A stretch of 59,028 nt of DNA, the filler included, from Sphacelaria rigidula (lineage: Eukaryota): assembly GCA_964200075.2 (NCBI GenBank). It is 10 parts of 10 records of this genome, joined end to end, with 100 filler letters (N's around TTAATTAATTAA, not from the genome) between each part and the next. Parts side by side here need not be neighbours in the genome. Positions count along the whole stretch, not along the records: positions 23,653 to 29,465 come from CAXNAA020024262.1; positions 29,566 to 35,378 come from CAXNAA020024263.1; positions 35,479 to 41,291 come from CAXNAA020024264.1; positions 41,392 to 47,204 come from CAXNAA020024265.1; 6 more parts are not named here. The stretch is one strand, 5' to 3'. This document shows positions 24,163 through 42,875 of the stretch, piece after piece. Each line of letters begins with the position of its first letter. Position 1 is the stretch's first letter. Made by a program: the position numbers and the translations under genes. Below the pieces are notes generated by a model that was not told the DNA's origin, ran no database searches, and saw only the letters and a list, made by a program, of their open reading frames with translations.

Positions 24163-26782
24163 CCTCCTTCACGGGATCGGATTATCAGCGATATACCCTG
24201 CAGTCTGGACACCACCGATACGACGCACTACACCCGTGCACAGCAATCCAGTGTTTTAATGAGAGAGGAAGCATTGCCCCACGTGAACAGCAGAGGTTTT
24301 TCATCAAATGCGCCGTACAAGAGTAGCACTATACTACAGAGTACAGTTATGGACCTACCTGACCCCCTAAAATGAGCAAAAAAAGTGTCACCGACCAAAA
24401 GCACGAACAGACACGAACAGACCGACTTCTGGGGCTTACCCAGGCTCGTGGAGTAAAATGCGCCCTACGTCATCGGAAAAAAACGGCATGGATCCCAAAT
24501 TCATATTGAAATAAAGTGGACTGTCATCTAAAACCAGAACCCTGTCGTTATTTCCGTCGTACCGCATTTATTACATGTCACTGCGTCGCCTTTCGTCCGC
24601 GCTTGCGATACCCTGGCATGCAAGGAGACTGATTGGGTTGAACCAACCCAACGAACACCGAGAACACTCGGGCAAAGGCGGTACATACATTCCCGGAAGG
24701 AAGTGAGGCCTAGGTAGACCCCAAATCGGTCTCTGTGGCGCCGATCTCAACGAAAACGCGTTGTGCGCACCCGAGGCGCACACGGGACCGTCAGCCCTAC
24801 TCAAATTCCGATTCTCTTCGTAAGACTCAAATCAAGTAATATCAACCATGAACATTTGTAGCCAGACGCCGGTAACTGAAACCAGCAAGCCGAACCATTT
24901 TTGGGAGGGGATGAGGATCGAAATTGGGCCAAAATGGGCCATATGTACTGATGAACTTCAACGGGGACGGTCCTTACACAGACGAGTGGGGTACAATAAG
25001 TCACCGGGTGTTTCATGTGGGCTGGGCGGGTGTTGGTCCACAACCTCGTCATGTTTTGAGGAACTTGATTTATCGGCTGCCGTTATTCCAGAGCTTTTGT
25101 CGGATGAGCGACTCGCCTTGTGCAAGGATATTTGTTGTTCCGTGAGCATGGCTTTTCATTTAATATGATTCAATTGACCCTGTGACCGCGACGGTTGGTC
25201 ACATGCTGAATTGGCATCATTTTTCATTTTACAAAAGTATGCATGGTCCAGATGGACTACCCTCGCTGTCTAGGGGTTCATCGGACTTCAAAGCTACTGT
25301 TTCGCTAGAGGGAATGAAGACAAACGGTCCTCCGTCACCCACCATTGCCAATACAACAGATGCGTGTCTTAAGACGGGTGGGTCCACTGAAATACGTGAT
25401 TGGGGCTTCGGTGCCATGTGGCTTCAGCGAAAGTGGGCCGATGACTTTATGCTGTCTGTTGTGTCGTCTTGGCGCAGTAACCTTAACCCATGCGGGAGCG
25501 TGAGTAGGTCAATCTTGATCTTGGTGTGAAAACCGAAATCCGGATCTTTCACGGGGGCTGTGCTCCTAGCATTCTCCTAGCGTCCCAGAACGCGTTCTTG
25601 TCTAATCGGCGCCTGGGGCGCCGATTTGAGGTCTGGCAACGCACCCTTCGCCTACGAAACACGTTGCACCCGCCTCGCCCGATGGTTCTCGGTATGCCTT
25701 CGTTTGGGCCAGTTTTATCATTTGTTTTCTCCGCTGATGCGACGTCGCGAAGATAATTCTTGCTTCTGGGGACTGGGTCGAAGGTTCAAATCCGACAACC
25801 TTCCACGTACAGTACCCGATGTATCAACCATCTGCTCTATCAAGAGTCACTCACGGGTGTCATCTATTCCGAGGCCGTTAGACAGGGGTGAAGTTTTCGC
25901 GCTTTGTGGAGACCGGCGAGGGTTGGAGGTGCGTGTTTGCGATCACAACCCAATCTGTCTCAGAGAATACTCATTGCCACGGCCATCAATTGGAATGCGA
26001 CTTTTTGCATCATATGCGCCAACACGACAGCTACAATTGTACCGGTTGAATTTTTTCATTTCATCAGGATGTGAGTTTTATAACAAATTAAGTGAAAAAC
26101 AAACATGGTTTTTTTGCGATTTTCTCGATCACCGTAACTTCTTGAGTAAAACCAACCGGTACGATTGTAGCTTGGACAAATACACGCCGGTGAGTAGCCG
26201 AGCCACGCCGTGGTTCGTCCTCCGGAACAAGAAAACTTCTAAAGCGTGGAATGGAAACCCTACTCAAATTCAAAGTACTTCGAGGGATTTTGTGGCGTGC
26301 ATATTCAGAGGATGAACGAGATCTCCGGTCTGTTCGTGCTTTTGGTCGGTGACACTTTTTGGGCTCATTCTGGGGGATCAGGCGCGCCCATAGCAGTATG
26401 TCACCGATACGACGCACTGTACCCGTGCACAGCAATCCAGTGTTTTAGTGAGAGAGGAGAGCTCAAGCATTGTCCCACGTGAACGGCAGACGGTTTATCA
26501 AATTGATTGTACAATAGCAGAACTATAGAGTAGAGTATGTACAGTGCATTAGCTCCTTCACGGGATCGGATGATCAGCGGTATACCCCGCAGTCTGGACA
26601 CCACCGATACGACGCACTGCACCTGTGCATAGCAATCCAGTGTTTTACTGGAAGAGGAAGCATTGCCCCACGTGAAAGGCAGAGTTTTTTTTTTATCAAA
26701 TGTACTGTACAAGAGTAGCACTATACTACAGAGTACAGTATGTACAGTGTATTAGCTCCTCCCACGGGATCGGATGATCAGC
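24163..26782. repeat. Tandem repeat of about 200 bp (units near 24163-24346, 26402-26552, 26553-26755, 26756-26782), split by a transposon
   Basis: Recurring cacgggatcggat.atcagcg..gcagtctggacaccaccgatacgacgcact..agcaatccagtgtttta..gcattg.cccacgtgaa..actatactacagagtacagt. Confidence 0.85.
24347..26393. mobile_element. Non-autonomous TIR transposon, PIF/Harbinger-like (3-bp TSD CAG)
   Basis: Imperfect TIRs of about 65 bp (..cctgaccccctaaaatgagc..aaaaagtgtcaccgaccaaa.gcacgaacagac / gtctgttcgtgctttggtcggtgacacttttt..gctcattctgggggatcagg..). Removing the element and one CAG restores the repeat-unit sequence gagtacagtatgt. Confidence 0.75.
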
Positions 26783-27265
26783 GTACGGTACCTCCCTTGC
26801 AGGATTGGGTGATCAGTGGTATGGCAAGAGTGCTGAAGGACGAGAGCGTGTACAGTATCTCTACTATCTGTACGGCAAACTAAAGTGTAGCACAAGAAGG
26901 GCAATAAATTGCCGCATATAAGGCGAACTCAACCAGCTTGCCGACATCCTTTCCAGAGGAGAGTTGAAGCGTTCCCCCGAGGGAGCGTACAGAAAGTGAG
27001 TGCAGTAGTTTCATGTGTACGGTAGTGGGATTGCGGTATGAACAGTATAATGGACACACCATGGCTATTGTGGCTTATCCTCGCCTCCGGACGACATTTT
27101 CACATGTCGTTGCAACCCACCGGCCCCTCCCTGCCTCCTGCTTCATGTACAAGTCATAGCTACAGCACAGGAAGGGTAATTGCTGTATACAAAGCGAACT
27201 TAACCAGCTTGCTGACATCCCTTGCGGGATCGCCCAGATCAGCGTCACGGTACTACCACAAGAGC

Positions 27266-27525
27266 TGTGACGAAATCACGCCGTCACCTCGAGTATATAG
27301 TGATGATATGGATGATGACTTGGGATATGTAGTGATGATACATATGATGACATGGACACAGGGGTGATACCCTGATGGTGGGTTATGGAGCGTGTATGCC
27401 TGGGTGGCACTCCAGGATAATGAAAGGTGTTGTGGGGGCCAACAACTGAAACCTGAGGCCAGTGGAACTGGGGAGTCCCTCAACAGCATCAGACGCTGCA
27501 GTACTAGCAACCTGCTGGCGTCACA
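27266..27525 (+). mobile_element. Putative 5' LTR (260 bp)
   Basis: Bounded by the inverted repeat TGTGACG...CGTCACA and located 300 bp upstream of gag. The second LTR is not in the contig. Confidence 0.65.
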
Positions 27526-27825
27526 ATATCGATATTAGCGCTAGTCGTGCTAGTAGTGCTACCGTTAGTGACTGCTGGAAATATTTCAGTAGAGGGGAGT
27601 CTGGACAGCTTCGGACATATTGCTTCACGGAGGCGTGAGGAGAGGGTTCAAGCTGAGGTAGCTGCAAAGGCGGCTGGCCCGTGATCGATCGAGACTGGAG
27701 ACTTGCTGTAGCTGCGTGCAGCGGAAGTTTCAAGGACCCCACGGCTGTGTGGTGCGCCGACGAAGGCAGGTGTGAACTGTGGAGTTCGACAAGGTTCAGG
27801 AGCCTTCGATTAGGTCCGCTCGGAA

Positions 27826-29465
27826 ATGTCGACTACAGAGGTACCGACCGATGAGCCAGCGGAGACGACCGTAACCCCAGTTGTTCTGAGATAAGAGTTG
27901 CGGCCTCCCAGTTACGGGAATTTGTATTCTGAGTGTGCTTCTCGTTCGTTTTATACGAAATATGTGGAATACAAGAAGCGGGTGGAGCATGCGAATGCTG
28001 GGGGGTGCTGTAAGGCATCAGGTGGTATCCATGGCGCAACTCGTGCCTATACCCCTCCAATGCGTTTTTTGCGAGAAGATTCCACGAGAAGAACACAATA
28101 ACGCCGCTGTCATTGGCTGCAGCGATCATGAAGGATGCAGGGTGTGAGGTGGGCGCTGAGGTAGAGCTAACCCAGGCGTCCTCGGCCGTGGCGAAGGCTG
28201 TCGCCATGAACCACAAGGGAAAGACCATGCGTGAGAGGGTGGAGCCAATCATGGGAAAGTTGGAGACATATTTTTCCGAATATCCCCACGTCGAGATGGT
28301 TTATCGCTCCTCCGATGGGAAATTCCGTCCAGGGCCCGCTGCGGTGATCACGAAAGCGATGGTGGAGGGTCTGGCACCGGCGGAATTTAAACAGGCCGTG
28401 CTTGTGCAATTACAGCACGAAACCAATATAAAGTCAGACCCGTACTAAGTTATGGATACCGTGGTGGTTGAGGCTCAGGCATGGCGGAAGATCGAAGCAT
28501 TCGGGAAATCATCCACTTCGTCGCCGCAGTCTTCGAGCTCGCGTAACCGCGGATCAAAGTCCGCAGGCAGTGCCGCCGCCGACATCACTTGCTTTCAGTG
28601 TGGCCAGGTAGGCCACTACGCACGCAAGTGCCCAACGCCTTCCGAAGGGGGGTCTAGGCAGACAAGTCCCGCGCGCCCTCGCAATCACAAAGGAGGAAAA
28701 GGTAATCGGGGTGGTGGCGGAGGCGGATCCTCCAGCGGTGGGGGTGTGCAGTCTAGTTCCCAGCAGCAGCAGCAGCAGCAGCGGCAGCGGCGGCGTCAGC
28801 AGGGGTCCGGTTCTGGGTCCGGCTCAGCCGCAGGGGCTGCTGCTCGGCAACGGGCGGTGCAGGTGGGACCGACGACTCTAGTGTCGGACTCGGTGCCGGC
28901 GCCGCCGGCAGCAGAGCAAGGCGAGACGCCTGCCGCTGAGCCGGTCGGATTTCAGCTGAAATTTGGACCCGCTGCTGCGTCGGCCGGAGTACCGCTGCAA
29001 TTTGGTCCTGCGGGCGGGGCTTCGTGCCCGCCGGCGGTGCCGGTTACCCCAGCGGGGGCATCTATGCCTGCGCCGCACGCGCAGCCGTGGCGCCAAGTGG
29101 GGATCACGACAAATCAGTCGGCGGAGCAGGTGCCAGTCGAGTATCAAGCAACATATACTCCTGCAGAGTTATATCTCCCAAATCAACGGGCGCGGGGAGC
29201 CATATCGGTCAACGCTGTATTGGATTTAGGCGCCCATTTCACGAGCGTGTCGGTCCTGATTGTGGAGATGCTGGAGCGTTTACTCCCTGGTGAGCAAAAT
29301 TTCATTGCGTTCTCGCTCGGGGCGCGGCAGGCCATCACCGCATCGGGGCAACGTGTAAATGTCACGGAGCGTACGATTCCCCTACAGTTAGCGTCCAGGA
29401 CGACCTGGGAGCCAGCGAAATTACCCCCGAGTAATTTCGCTGGCTCCCAGGTCGTCCTGGACGCT
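27826..29465 (+). pseudogene. Decayed gag-protease of a Ty3/gypsy-type LTR retrotransposon, truncated by the contig end
   Basis: CCHC zinc knuckle CFQCGQVGHYARKC and retropepsin-like VNAVLDLGAHFTSVS (DLG in place of DS/TG). Stops and frameshifts split gag into ORFs at 27898, 27935, 28113 and 28452. Confidence 0.85.
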
Positions 29466-30012
29466 NNNNNNNNNNNNNNNNNNNNNNNNNNNNNNNNNNN
29501 NNNNNNNNNTTAATTAATTAANNNNNNNNNNNNNNNNNNNNNNNNNNNNNNNNNNNNNNNNNNNNACTTATTATACTAAAACCAAGTAATTTCCTGATGA
29601 ATCATTATTTGTCCTAACCGTGCGACGTTTCACACGCAGAAAGAAAAGTCGGACATTGTTGACTGAATGATGGGTAGCGACGTTATTTCCGTACTTGGAT
29701 CACGTGATGTTGCTGATAACGTAGTTGATCTGATGACAAGTAGTCATCCCATAGTCTGCTTGGGTTGGTTTGACGCCAGCGCGCCGTCTTAGTTTTTTCT
29801 TCAAACGCAAGTCCTCCATCAACAGATTCAGAAGAGAATCAAAGTGACTCCCGATTCCAGTAGTCGGTATCTCTTAAATTGTGGTCGTTAAATTGCAGTA
29901 CATGCGGAACGTCACGGACACGAATCGTCCCGCACGATAATTATCATGGAGAAACCTTCTCGTTTCCTTTTTATTTTGGCGTTTTTACATGTTCTGTTTG
30001 CTGTGACAACAG

Positions 30013-34943
<4,931 letters not shown>

Positions 34944-35302
34944 TGACGCCGGGTTTACCTTTTTCTAGGGTGCGGTGGGGGGAGGGGGGTCGTACACATT
35001 GGAAACCGATCGGTACACCCGTGTGTTCATTATGCAAGCGTACAGTATCTTGTGTGCCACTCACAATCTATCGCGCACACAGTCATGGGTCCATGAACAT
35101 TGGCATGAGTGCCGCACCCGACCTCGATCATTTGGATGTTCGATCAGTGTACACTTGGTATTCAGGCCACATGAGTACCCTCACGTACATACTCGTTTGG
35201 AGCAGTCTCATCATCCCAGCTGACTTTGTGAACGAACCATTGTTGATCAGGACCGCTGCAAATAAGCTCATTCTACCTCTGGTGCTCGCTTAATGGATTT
35301 CA

Positions 35303-35337
<35 letters not shown>

Positions 35338-36099
35338 ACCCCCCCCCACCTCCCCCCCCCCCCCACCCCCCCCCCCCCNNNNNNNNNNNNNNNNNNNNNN
35401 NNNNNNNNNNNNNNNNNNNNNNTTAATTAATTAANNNNNNNNNNNNNNNNNNNNNNNNNNNNNNNNNNNNNNNNNNNNAGTACCCGCACATCCGCATAAT
35501 TATATCCGTACGTGTGCATGTTCACCCAGTGTACCTGTTCACATGAACATACTCCTCCCACCGCACCGTAGTTTTGCTCGATGTATGTTTCTCGTGGACC
35601 TCTATGTTTACTCCGATAGTTTATTTTACTTGCTCATTCCAGCATTTACTTCTTCGTTACATACGATCAGTCTCTTCCCTGAACACTATCATGTTACTTG
35701 CCGAGGTCTTGGACGATGACTCTCGTCCTTTTATAACCTGTGCTTCTGTCGGATCTCTTTCTATTTCCGTATCAGGTGTTGTAACCACGCTTTCCAGCAG
35801 CTCGGGAAATGTTTCTGCATTTTTGGCCATCTCTCTTTGTAACTCCTGCTGTTTTTTCTTTGTTTCTGGTTCATCTATTCTCCGTTTGTACGACTTTTTA
35901 CCTCGTCTATTTTTTATATTTCTCGTATGTTGGCTGTCCACATTAGGGGATGATCCGTAGTTTTCATGACCGCCGCGCATACGTGTAACTCTGTTTCCCT
36001 TCATGCTTCATACATCACCACTATACCGTCCACAGCGCGATCAAGAGGAAATAAACGAAAAAGAGTAGGTAGAGGAAGAAGAGGAGGCGCCGGGCTAGG

Positions 36100-39000
36100 C
36101 GTAGCCCTGCTAGGGAAGTAGCCAGCAGAGTCAACTTGTTCAGGTAGCCACCTTCAGGTAGCCATCTACAACGTCAGAACTCTTGCTGTGAAAGGAGTCA
36201 ATGGATGTGGGTGAGGCTGCAGCGCCTTTCATGGGGCTACGAGACTAAACGTCTCGGTGGGATAGGACTGCAGGAGACACGGAGGGCAGGACGAACAAAC
36301 TGTACAGCAGCAGCATTCAGTCTTTTGATATGGGAGCAAATCAGCTGGGCCGCTCGGCGTGGGGCTAGCCATTCAAGAGTCGAGTTTTTCGTAATAACGC
36401 CACTTATACCACTGAGTGCGTTGACAAGCGCCTCATAGCAATGTGGTCTGAAATCTCGAGGAAGAGCGGAGCGATCAATTTCATAGCTGCGTATGCACCA
36501 GCCGAGGTCGCCAAGGAAGAAACCAGACAAGCATTCTAGGATGGGCTTAACGATCTGGTGCACCGGACCCCGTCGAAGGAGGGTGTGTACGTGTTGATGG
36601 ACGCAAACGCGCGAACGGGAAGAAAACCAGAAGAGGGCCTACGGGACGGAGGGTTCTAGCAGAATGATAACGGCCATCTACCGTTACCTTTGGCAGCAGA
36701 CAACAAACTAACTATAGCCGTTACGAACATCTTCTTCAGCAGCGTAAAGCCGCAATATCACACACATACAATGGTGTCGAAGGGAACCGCGCGAGTGAAC
36801 TCAAGCTCATAGACTACATACGCACCGGGCAGGCACACCGAGGTAGAGTGCGCGCATCGTAGTCGTACACCCCCAACCCGCACATCCGGCCAAAGCTGAA
36901 TCGGATCACATCACGGTGGCTGCCACTGCCGACCTCGGTAGCCGATTCGCTCATACCCGTACCGTACGAACCAAGTCGATGCAGGGGTAATTCGGTAGAC
37001 AGCAGCTGCAGTTCGGAACAGCACGGTGGCACGTGATGGAGAGCTTCCTACACGACCTCGGTAAGCGAGCATACCAACCACCCACCACCGCATTGGCGGC
37101 CGCGAAGGACTTTTCCGAAGCTATTCTTCAAGCAGCGCAGACAATACTCGCGGATGAGACACGGATACCACGTGTGCCGGAATGGTGTGTATGTCCACCT
37201 CCCCGAGAGCAACAGCAGAGGCAGCGCTCGCCAACGGAGAGGAGGCACGCGGACTGATGAAGGACAACCGGACCCCAGCAACGTGGACATCACTCAAAGC
37301 CGCGTGCAAGGACATACGTACAGCAATAGACGACGACGTCTATGCACACCTGGAGAGGTACGGGCAGGTACGGGGCGAGGTCAGAAGCGATATATAAGGA
37401 TCGCGACATGAAGGGCCTGCCCAGGCACCTCAAAATGTCGGTGATTCTTGGCGGGAGGCAATCAGGGGGGCAGCAGTTAATCAGGAAGGAGAACGGAGTT
37501 CTACTGAGGGGCAAAATCGATATCCTTGGACGGTAGGCGAGGTTTTCCCGGACCCCGCTCAATACCAAGTCGCCTACGCTGAGCCCAGCCATCATCGAGG
37601 AGGGGAAGCAGCGACCGACAGCACGCCCCACCGTAGATTCGGTATCGCTTGGGTCAGCATCAACGCTGGAGGAGACGAGACGAGCAGTTCGGGGGGTGCA
37701 CAAGTGGAAAGCGCCGGGAGTCGACTCCCTCCCCCTCTGGCTACTCAAGGTCGACGACCGTGCCGAACGCATCGTTCTTGAATGCCCCTATGCCGTCCTT
37801 GTCGAGGCATAGGTCCCGCTGTAGTGGAAAGACGCTACAATCAAAGTGCTTCACAAGAAATTGGACCGCTTCAACCGCAACTACAGGGGATTCTTCCTGG
37901 TCTCACGCAGGAAACGTACTGCTGAAGATAGTGGCCAACCACCTCGGCGACTACTGCGAAGCCCATCACGGGATACTACCGGAGGAACAATGCGGCTTCC
38001 GTCCTATTCGAACCACTATCGACATGCTGTTCGTAGTGCGCCAACTCCAGAGACTCGAACGACGGTGGAGAATACTGCTGTACACTTGCTTCGTCGACGT
38101 CCAGAAGTTTTATGATTCGGTCGGCCGAGAGCCTCTTCTGTGGCAGGTGCTGGTACGAGCTAGTATTTTAGTTGAGATGATCGCAGTTATCCGCCAATTC
38201 CACAACGGCATACAGACCTGCGCGCAGGTGGATGACGGGGAGCTCTCATAGTGATCCGGGGTCACACGAGGACTGCGATAAGGATGTGTGCTGTCTCCAT
38301 TGCTGTCAAACATCTTCTTTGCTCCGGCGCTCGAGATAGTTCTCGTGCGATTCAGTGAGGACGATATCATTCTCAAAGACATGGTATATATCTCCGCGAG
38401 GAGACCGGGAGGGGGATGGAGACACCTCTGGACTGCGTACTGAGATCAGTGTGGGGGATGCTATATGCTGATGACGCCGCCGTCGCCTTGAGGTTGCCTG
38501 ACGGCCTCGTCCAGGTGATGGCCGTTCTAGTGCGAGTGTTGGGATCTTCGGACAGGCGGTGTCGGAGAAGGATACGGAAACTCTTCCTGTGCGAGTACGA
38601 GAAAAAAAACACCAGAAAAGGGCGAGCCACCAACACCACCTCCCCCCCCACTGGTCATCGGAGCACATAGGTCACAAGTACCCACAGACACAACGTTAAG
38701 ACACTTGGGCGTGCTTGCCCACGAGAATGGCGTACTAAAAGCACCGTGGAAACTCAAGGTCCGACCGTTGAAGACCCTAATGTACGGGGGTACGCGTGGA
38801 CCTCGCACCGGGAGCGATACAAGACGTCAGAACGATCCACTCTCAGCCCCTTCTGCGATTTATGATCGGGTACCATCGTGTGCGTGGCACTCATCGACAC
38901 CTTCCGTGCGTCCAGACCCTCAAGAAGAACGGATGTCGAAGTACTGAAGCCACCGCTCTATTCGAGTGTGCCCGCACTCTATCCTCTGCATGTCTACGCG
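36100..39000 (+). mobile_element. Degenerate RTE-like LINE (AP endonuclease and reverse transcriptase)
   Basis: Endonuclease motifs YNVRTL, IGLQETR, DANAR and SDH. RT motifs ILPEEQCGFRP, CFVDVQKFYDSV, GCVLSPLL.NIFF and GMLYADDA. Many stops and frameshifts; the ends are approximate. Confidence 0.9.
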
Positions 39001-40495
39001 CCAGAAGATGTTATAATGCAGATCATGTAAGATCGGGGCGGAACGGAACAGAACGGATTAGCGGGGGAGTACGCGATTGGACCAATCAAGTGGTTGGGCG
39101 TGGCCGTGGTGGGCGTTACACGCATGACACTTTACTTTTTTCTGCCCTCTCCCACCCCTTGCTCGCTTCTTGTTTCAGCGTGACTCCGAAATATTCTCCC
39201 TGTCTAGGGTTTCCATCGCCAAACACTATGGTTCTACTCATCGCATCACCTCTTGGCCTCTATGATCGTTAAATCGCTAGGGGACTTCAAATACCAGCAC
39301 CGCTATAGGATTTTAGTCGACTGTACTCTTCTCTGGCCATCCTCACCCGTCTCTATCGATCTCTTCTTTTCGAGAGTATCACCAGTTTGTTTGCTGGAAA
39401 CATCGAAGCGGAACGCAGTCAAGGTGCCAGGATATCCCAATCCTAGTACTTGTTGGGGGCCTGGTGTCTTTCACTTCTTTTGCTCGCTCACCGACACTAT
39501 TTAGTGTCTCAAACACGAGATGGTAGCCTGAAGCCAAGTTCAACGTCTTTGGCACAAGTACCCCATAATTGTACCAGGCGATCTGTGTGGTGAATATATG
39601 AAGAGTTTACGACAACATTTTAGGATAAACCATAGTGAACAATCAATCCACAGAGCAAACGTGGTGAGTTGGCAATCGGGGGACTCAAATGCAATGCCTC
39701 GCGGTCTGAGGGTCAAGGTATAGTTCAAATGTTGTCTTCCATCACTAATCCGGTAACGCCTCGAATGCCAGCAGCGGGGTCGTTCATGAGTCAATACCCT
39801 ATCTAAACATATTGCACCGACACCACAACACAGTATCACAAGAAAGCAACGGGGAAGTGAGCATGCGGTTAATTTTCTTCTATTTCGGGGTGATGTTAGG
39901 GGTGGTGGTTCACAAGCGCGTGGTCGAGCTGCGCAGGATGTCAACACGACATACGGGATACCTCTGATCCCGTCGCTACCCTCAAATGGGTAAGTCTGTC
40001 GCTTCAAATACAGGTAGGTGAAAGGGAGGGAATAATAGAAATAGAACTTCAAACGTCAATCACAACGCAGCCACAACAGTACATCACGCTGAAACCACAG
40101 AAACATACAGGGCGTCGAAACAAACATAATCCCTGTGATTGAAGGAAAAAGGCGGGCTTAAACTGAAAATAACACCGACTGCCAACCTGGAAGAAATACA
40201 AAAAAACGTCAATGTTGACGGGAAAAAATAGATAAGAGGAAAAAATATATATATATACGAAAAAAGTTACCAAATCTGAGCAAAAACAAAAGGCGACCGA
40301 CCGACCGACCGACCGACCGCTCTCTACTCCCGATATTTACCATGATTTGATCGCGCGCTCCATCTTTTCGCATTACATTCAAATTAGCGACTCCAACGGG
40401 AAAAGAAACACTAGCAGTCAAACGAAAGGGAAAACGTTCGATGCACGTGTTTACATATATATACACACACATATACACACACAGGCTTGCGTATC

Positions 40496-40702
40496 TCAAG
40501 CACGCCTTCCTTGCTTCTTCTTCCCCTTCTTAATCGTAGCACCTCCCGTGAATTTCGCTGTCGTCTCCCATGACTCAAACGGCAACAACGGCTCACGAGC
40601 CATCACCAACACTCCCCTCGGCGCCCAGACACGTAAAGTCACGGGTCCCGCCCCAGTCACACTGATCCACCCCAGCCCAGCGATTACCAGGTCAGCGGCC
40701 GC
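40496..40702 (-). CDS. Terminal exon of a YqeH/NOA1/BPG2-family circularly permuted GTPase
   Basis: A CAG acceptor is followed by AAADLVIAGLGWISVTGAGPVTLRVWAPRGVLVMAREPLLPFES..*. D(I/L)VIxGLGW..P.GV.V..R..L is the YqeH C-terminal signature. Confidence 0.85.
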   Translation of the reverse strand, partial: AAADLVIAGLGWISVTGAGPVTLRVWAPRGVLVMAREPLLPFESWETTAKFTGGATIKKGKKKQGRRA

Positions 40703-42645
40703 CTGTGACATTGTGGACCAGATGTTAAGGGTACGCAGGCATATGGTGAGGCGTGGGCACGGATACGGGACGTTGAGCAGGGGGAGCCGGGAGGCCGCGG
40801 CTACAAGTGTGTATACATTGCTGCAGTTCAGAGTTCATGAATTGGTTGATCTCGACAGCTGTTGCTCCTTGCTATAGCGGCCTGTTTTCTCTGCAATACG
40901 GATGCAGTACAACACTACAAGAGTCAGATGTCGAGGAACTACAGATCTCAGAGTGAGCACTACAGCAAAGTACCGATCTAAAACAATCGAAGCGAGGTTT
41001 TCATAAATGTGCCCATCGCAACACCGCAAGCCGAAGACTACAGCCAGAGCTCCCTTCACGGAACAAGAAGAGGAATATATTATAATTTGATACAAAATCG
41101 AACACTCGAAGTACACATGCCAGACTCTCGCACAAGCTTTACTGCCATGGTTTCTTATCCATGATCTCCCTCACGCCACTTACACTCGGATCATGACCTT
41201 CATTCGGTTCAACACTCTCGTACCTACCCCCTGTTCCCGCAGGGGAAAGAGGGAGGGAGCAGGGGTGAGGAGGGGGAGGGGGGGGGGGGGGNNNNNNNNN
41301 NNNNNNNNNNNNNNNNNNNNNNNNNNNNNNNNNNNTTAATTAATTAANNNNNNNNNNNNNNNNNNNNNNNNNNNNNNNNNNNNNNNNNNNNCCGTTCCTA
41401 CTCCTAATAGAGACCTCCAACATTCCGGCGCTCATCCTGGGGCGGGGGGGGGGGGAGCTTGCAGTGTGTTGGGAAAATGGGTAAGGTGTGGAGGGGGGGG
41501 GAATGGGGGAGATATCATCGGAGTCGCCGGATGTAGGACTTGTTTGGGGAAAAGCAGCGCTATCGTGTTTTCGGGTGGCGATCGCATCTAGTAAGACGGG
41601 TAAACAGCGACCAGTTTCGTTCCGTATTTCCACAATCGTTGGGGCGACAGGGATAGAAATGATATACTGGGGTATTGTATGTGCGTGTGTTGGATGGCAT
41701 ATGCGGTGGTGTGGCGAGCAGGGAGGCTGACGGATTGGCTGGCAGACTTAGGCAAGGCATGGAGACAGTTTGTGAAGCTCGCCTAGGATGAGATGGATAC
41801 GGGGCAGAAATCAGTGTCGTTTGATGCCTGAGAGAGGGATGTTCCACCCAGCGCACGAGCAAAAATGATGCCGGTCTACGTTTTTCAGTTCTTCCGCGTC
41901 GGGGCTTTGATGAGGTCTTGAGTCGGTGTCTTCGCGTCTCTTCGCTTTTCGTGTATTTTCCCCCCCTCCTTCTAGTGCGGTGTGTTTGATATGTGGGGTT
42001 GCATTCATTATCGTTTTAGATACTACTTTTCAAACATGCCGTTCTACAAGTCAGGAGTAGTAGAGAGCTATCCCACTCGTGTGTTTTGTGTTATGATGTA
42101 GATGGTGTTTGATGTTTTTGGTACGTAGTTTGGAAAAAATGTTTGAAGAGGCTCCTCTGTTTTGTGTTTTTCGAGGCAGTGCGTGTTCTCTCGAGCCGTG
42201 CTTGTGTCCTGGGAGAGGCGGCGGCACTGACAGCGCTCGCTTTTGCCCCAAAGTAGAAGTAGAGATCTCCCACCACACTACTGTACGGTATTCCAGAAGT
42301 ATCCTTCCTTTCAACGCAACAAAACCTACCACGAAAACGGTTTATGATGTCTTGATGACCAAGAGCCGATGCCTTCCTGCGCGTATTCGTTCGTTCTGAG
42401 GCCCAGTCTCCCGGAGCGTTGTACTATTGCACTGTGATAATTGAAAAAGTAGTAATTTTCCAGTCAACCCTTCTGAAACCCACACTGACGATTTTTGTTT
42501 TTGTAAATCGGCGTCATTTTGACCTGAAAATGACTGAAAACGATGCTGATTCACGAAAACAAAAATCGTCAATGGGTTCCAAAAGGGTTTATCTAGTATT
42601 TATTCACCATTGATCGTCACCACAGTGCACAATAACTGATGAGCA

Positions 42646-42875
42646 ATACTACGGTAGGGGTGCACTTTTTTCGCGAAATCTTGTCTGGTTCAGGGGCTCC
42701 TGACGATTCCAGATGCACAAGAATATGGGTCAGGGCATCCCCGCTCGCAAATTTTATTCGGGATGTCCCTGGCGCATTGGAATAGTGATCCTGGCGTGCT
42801 CTCACATATTTCATAACTCGTGTTTTGGACAAGATGAAGGGCTCCGAAAATATTTGTGCACCCCTACCGTAGCAT
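42646..42875. mobile_element. MITE family with TIR ATGCTACGGTAGGGGTGCAC, copy 1
   Basis: atactacggtaggggtgcac..gtgcacccctaccgtagcat; the interior is shared with the other copies. Confidence 0.85.

Noticed and set aside
23821..24375. ORF with a poly-Ile, transmembrane-like stretch
   Set aside because: It arises from an (ATC/ATT)n microsatellite and the adjacent tandem repeat.
39730..39951. Possible solo LTR (tgttgt...acgaca)
   Set aside because: There is no matching TSD and no second copy in the window.
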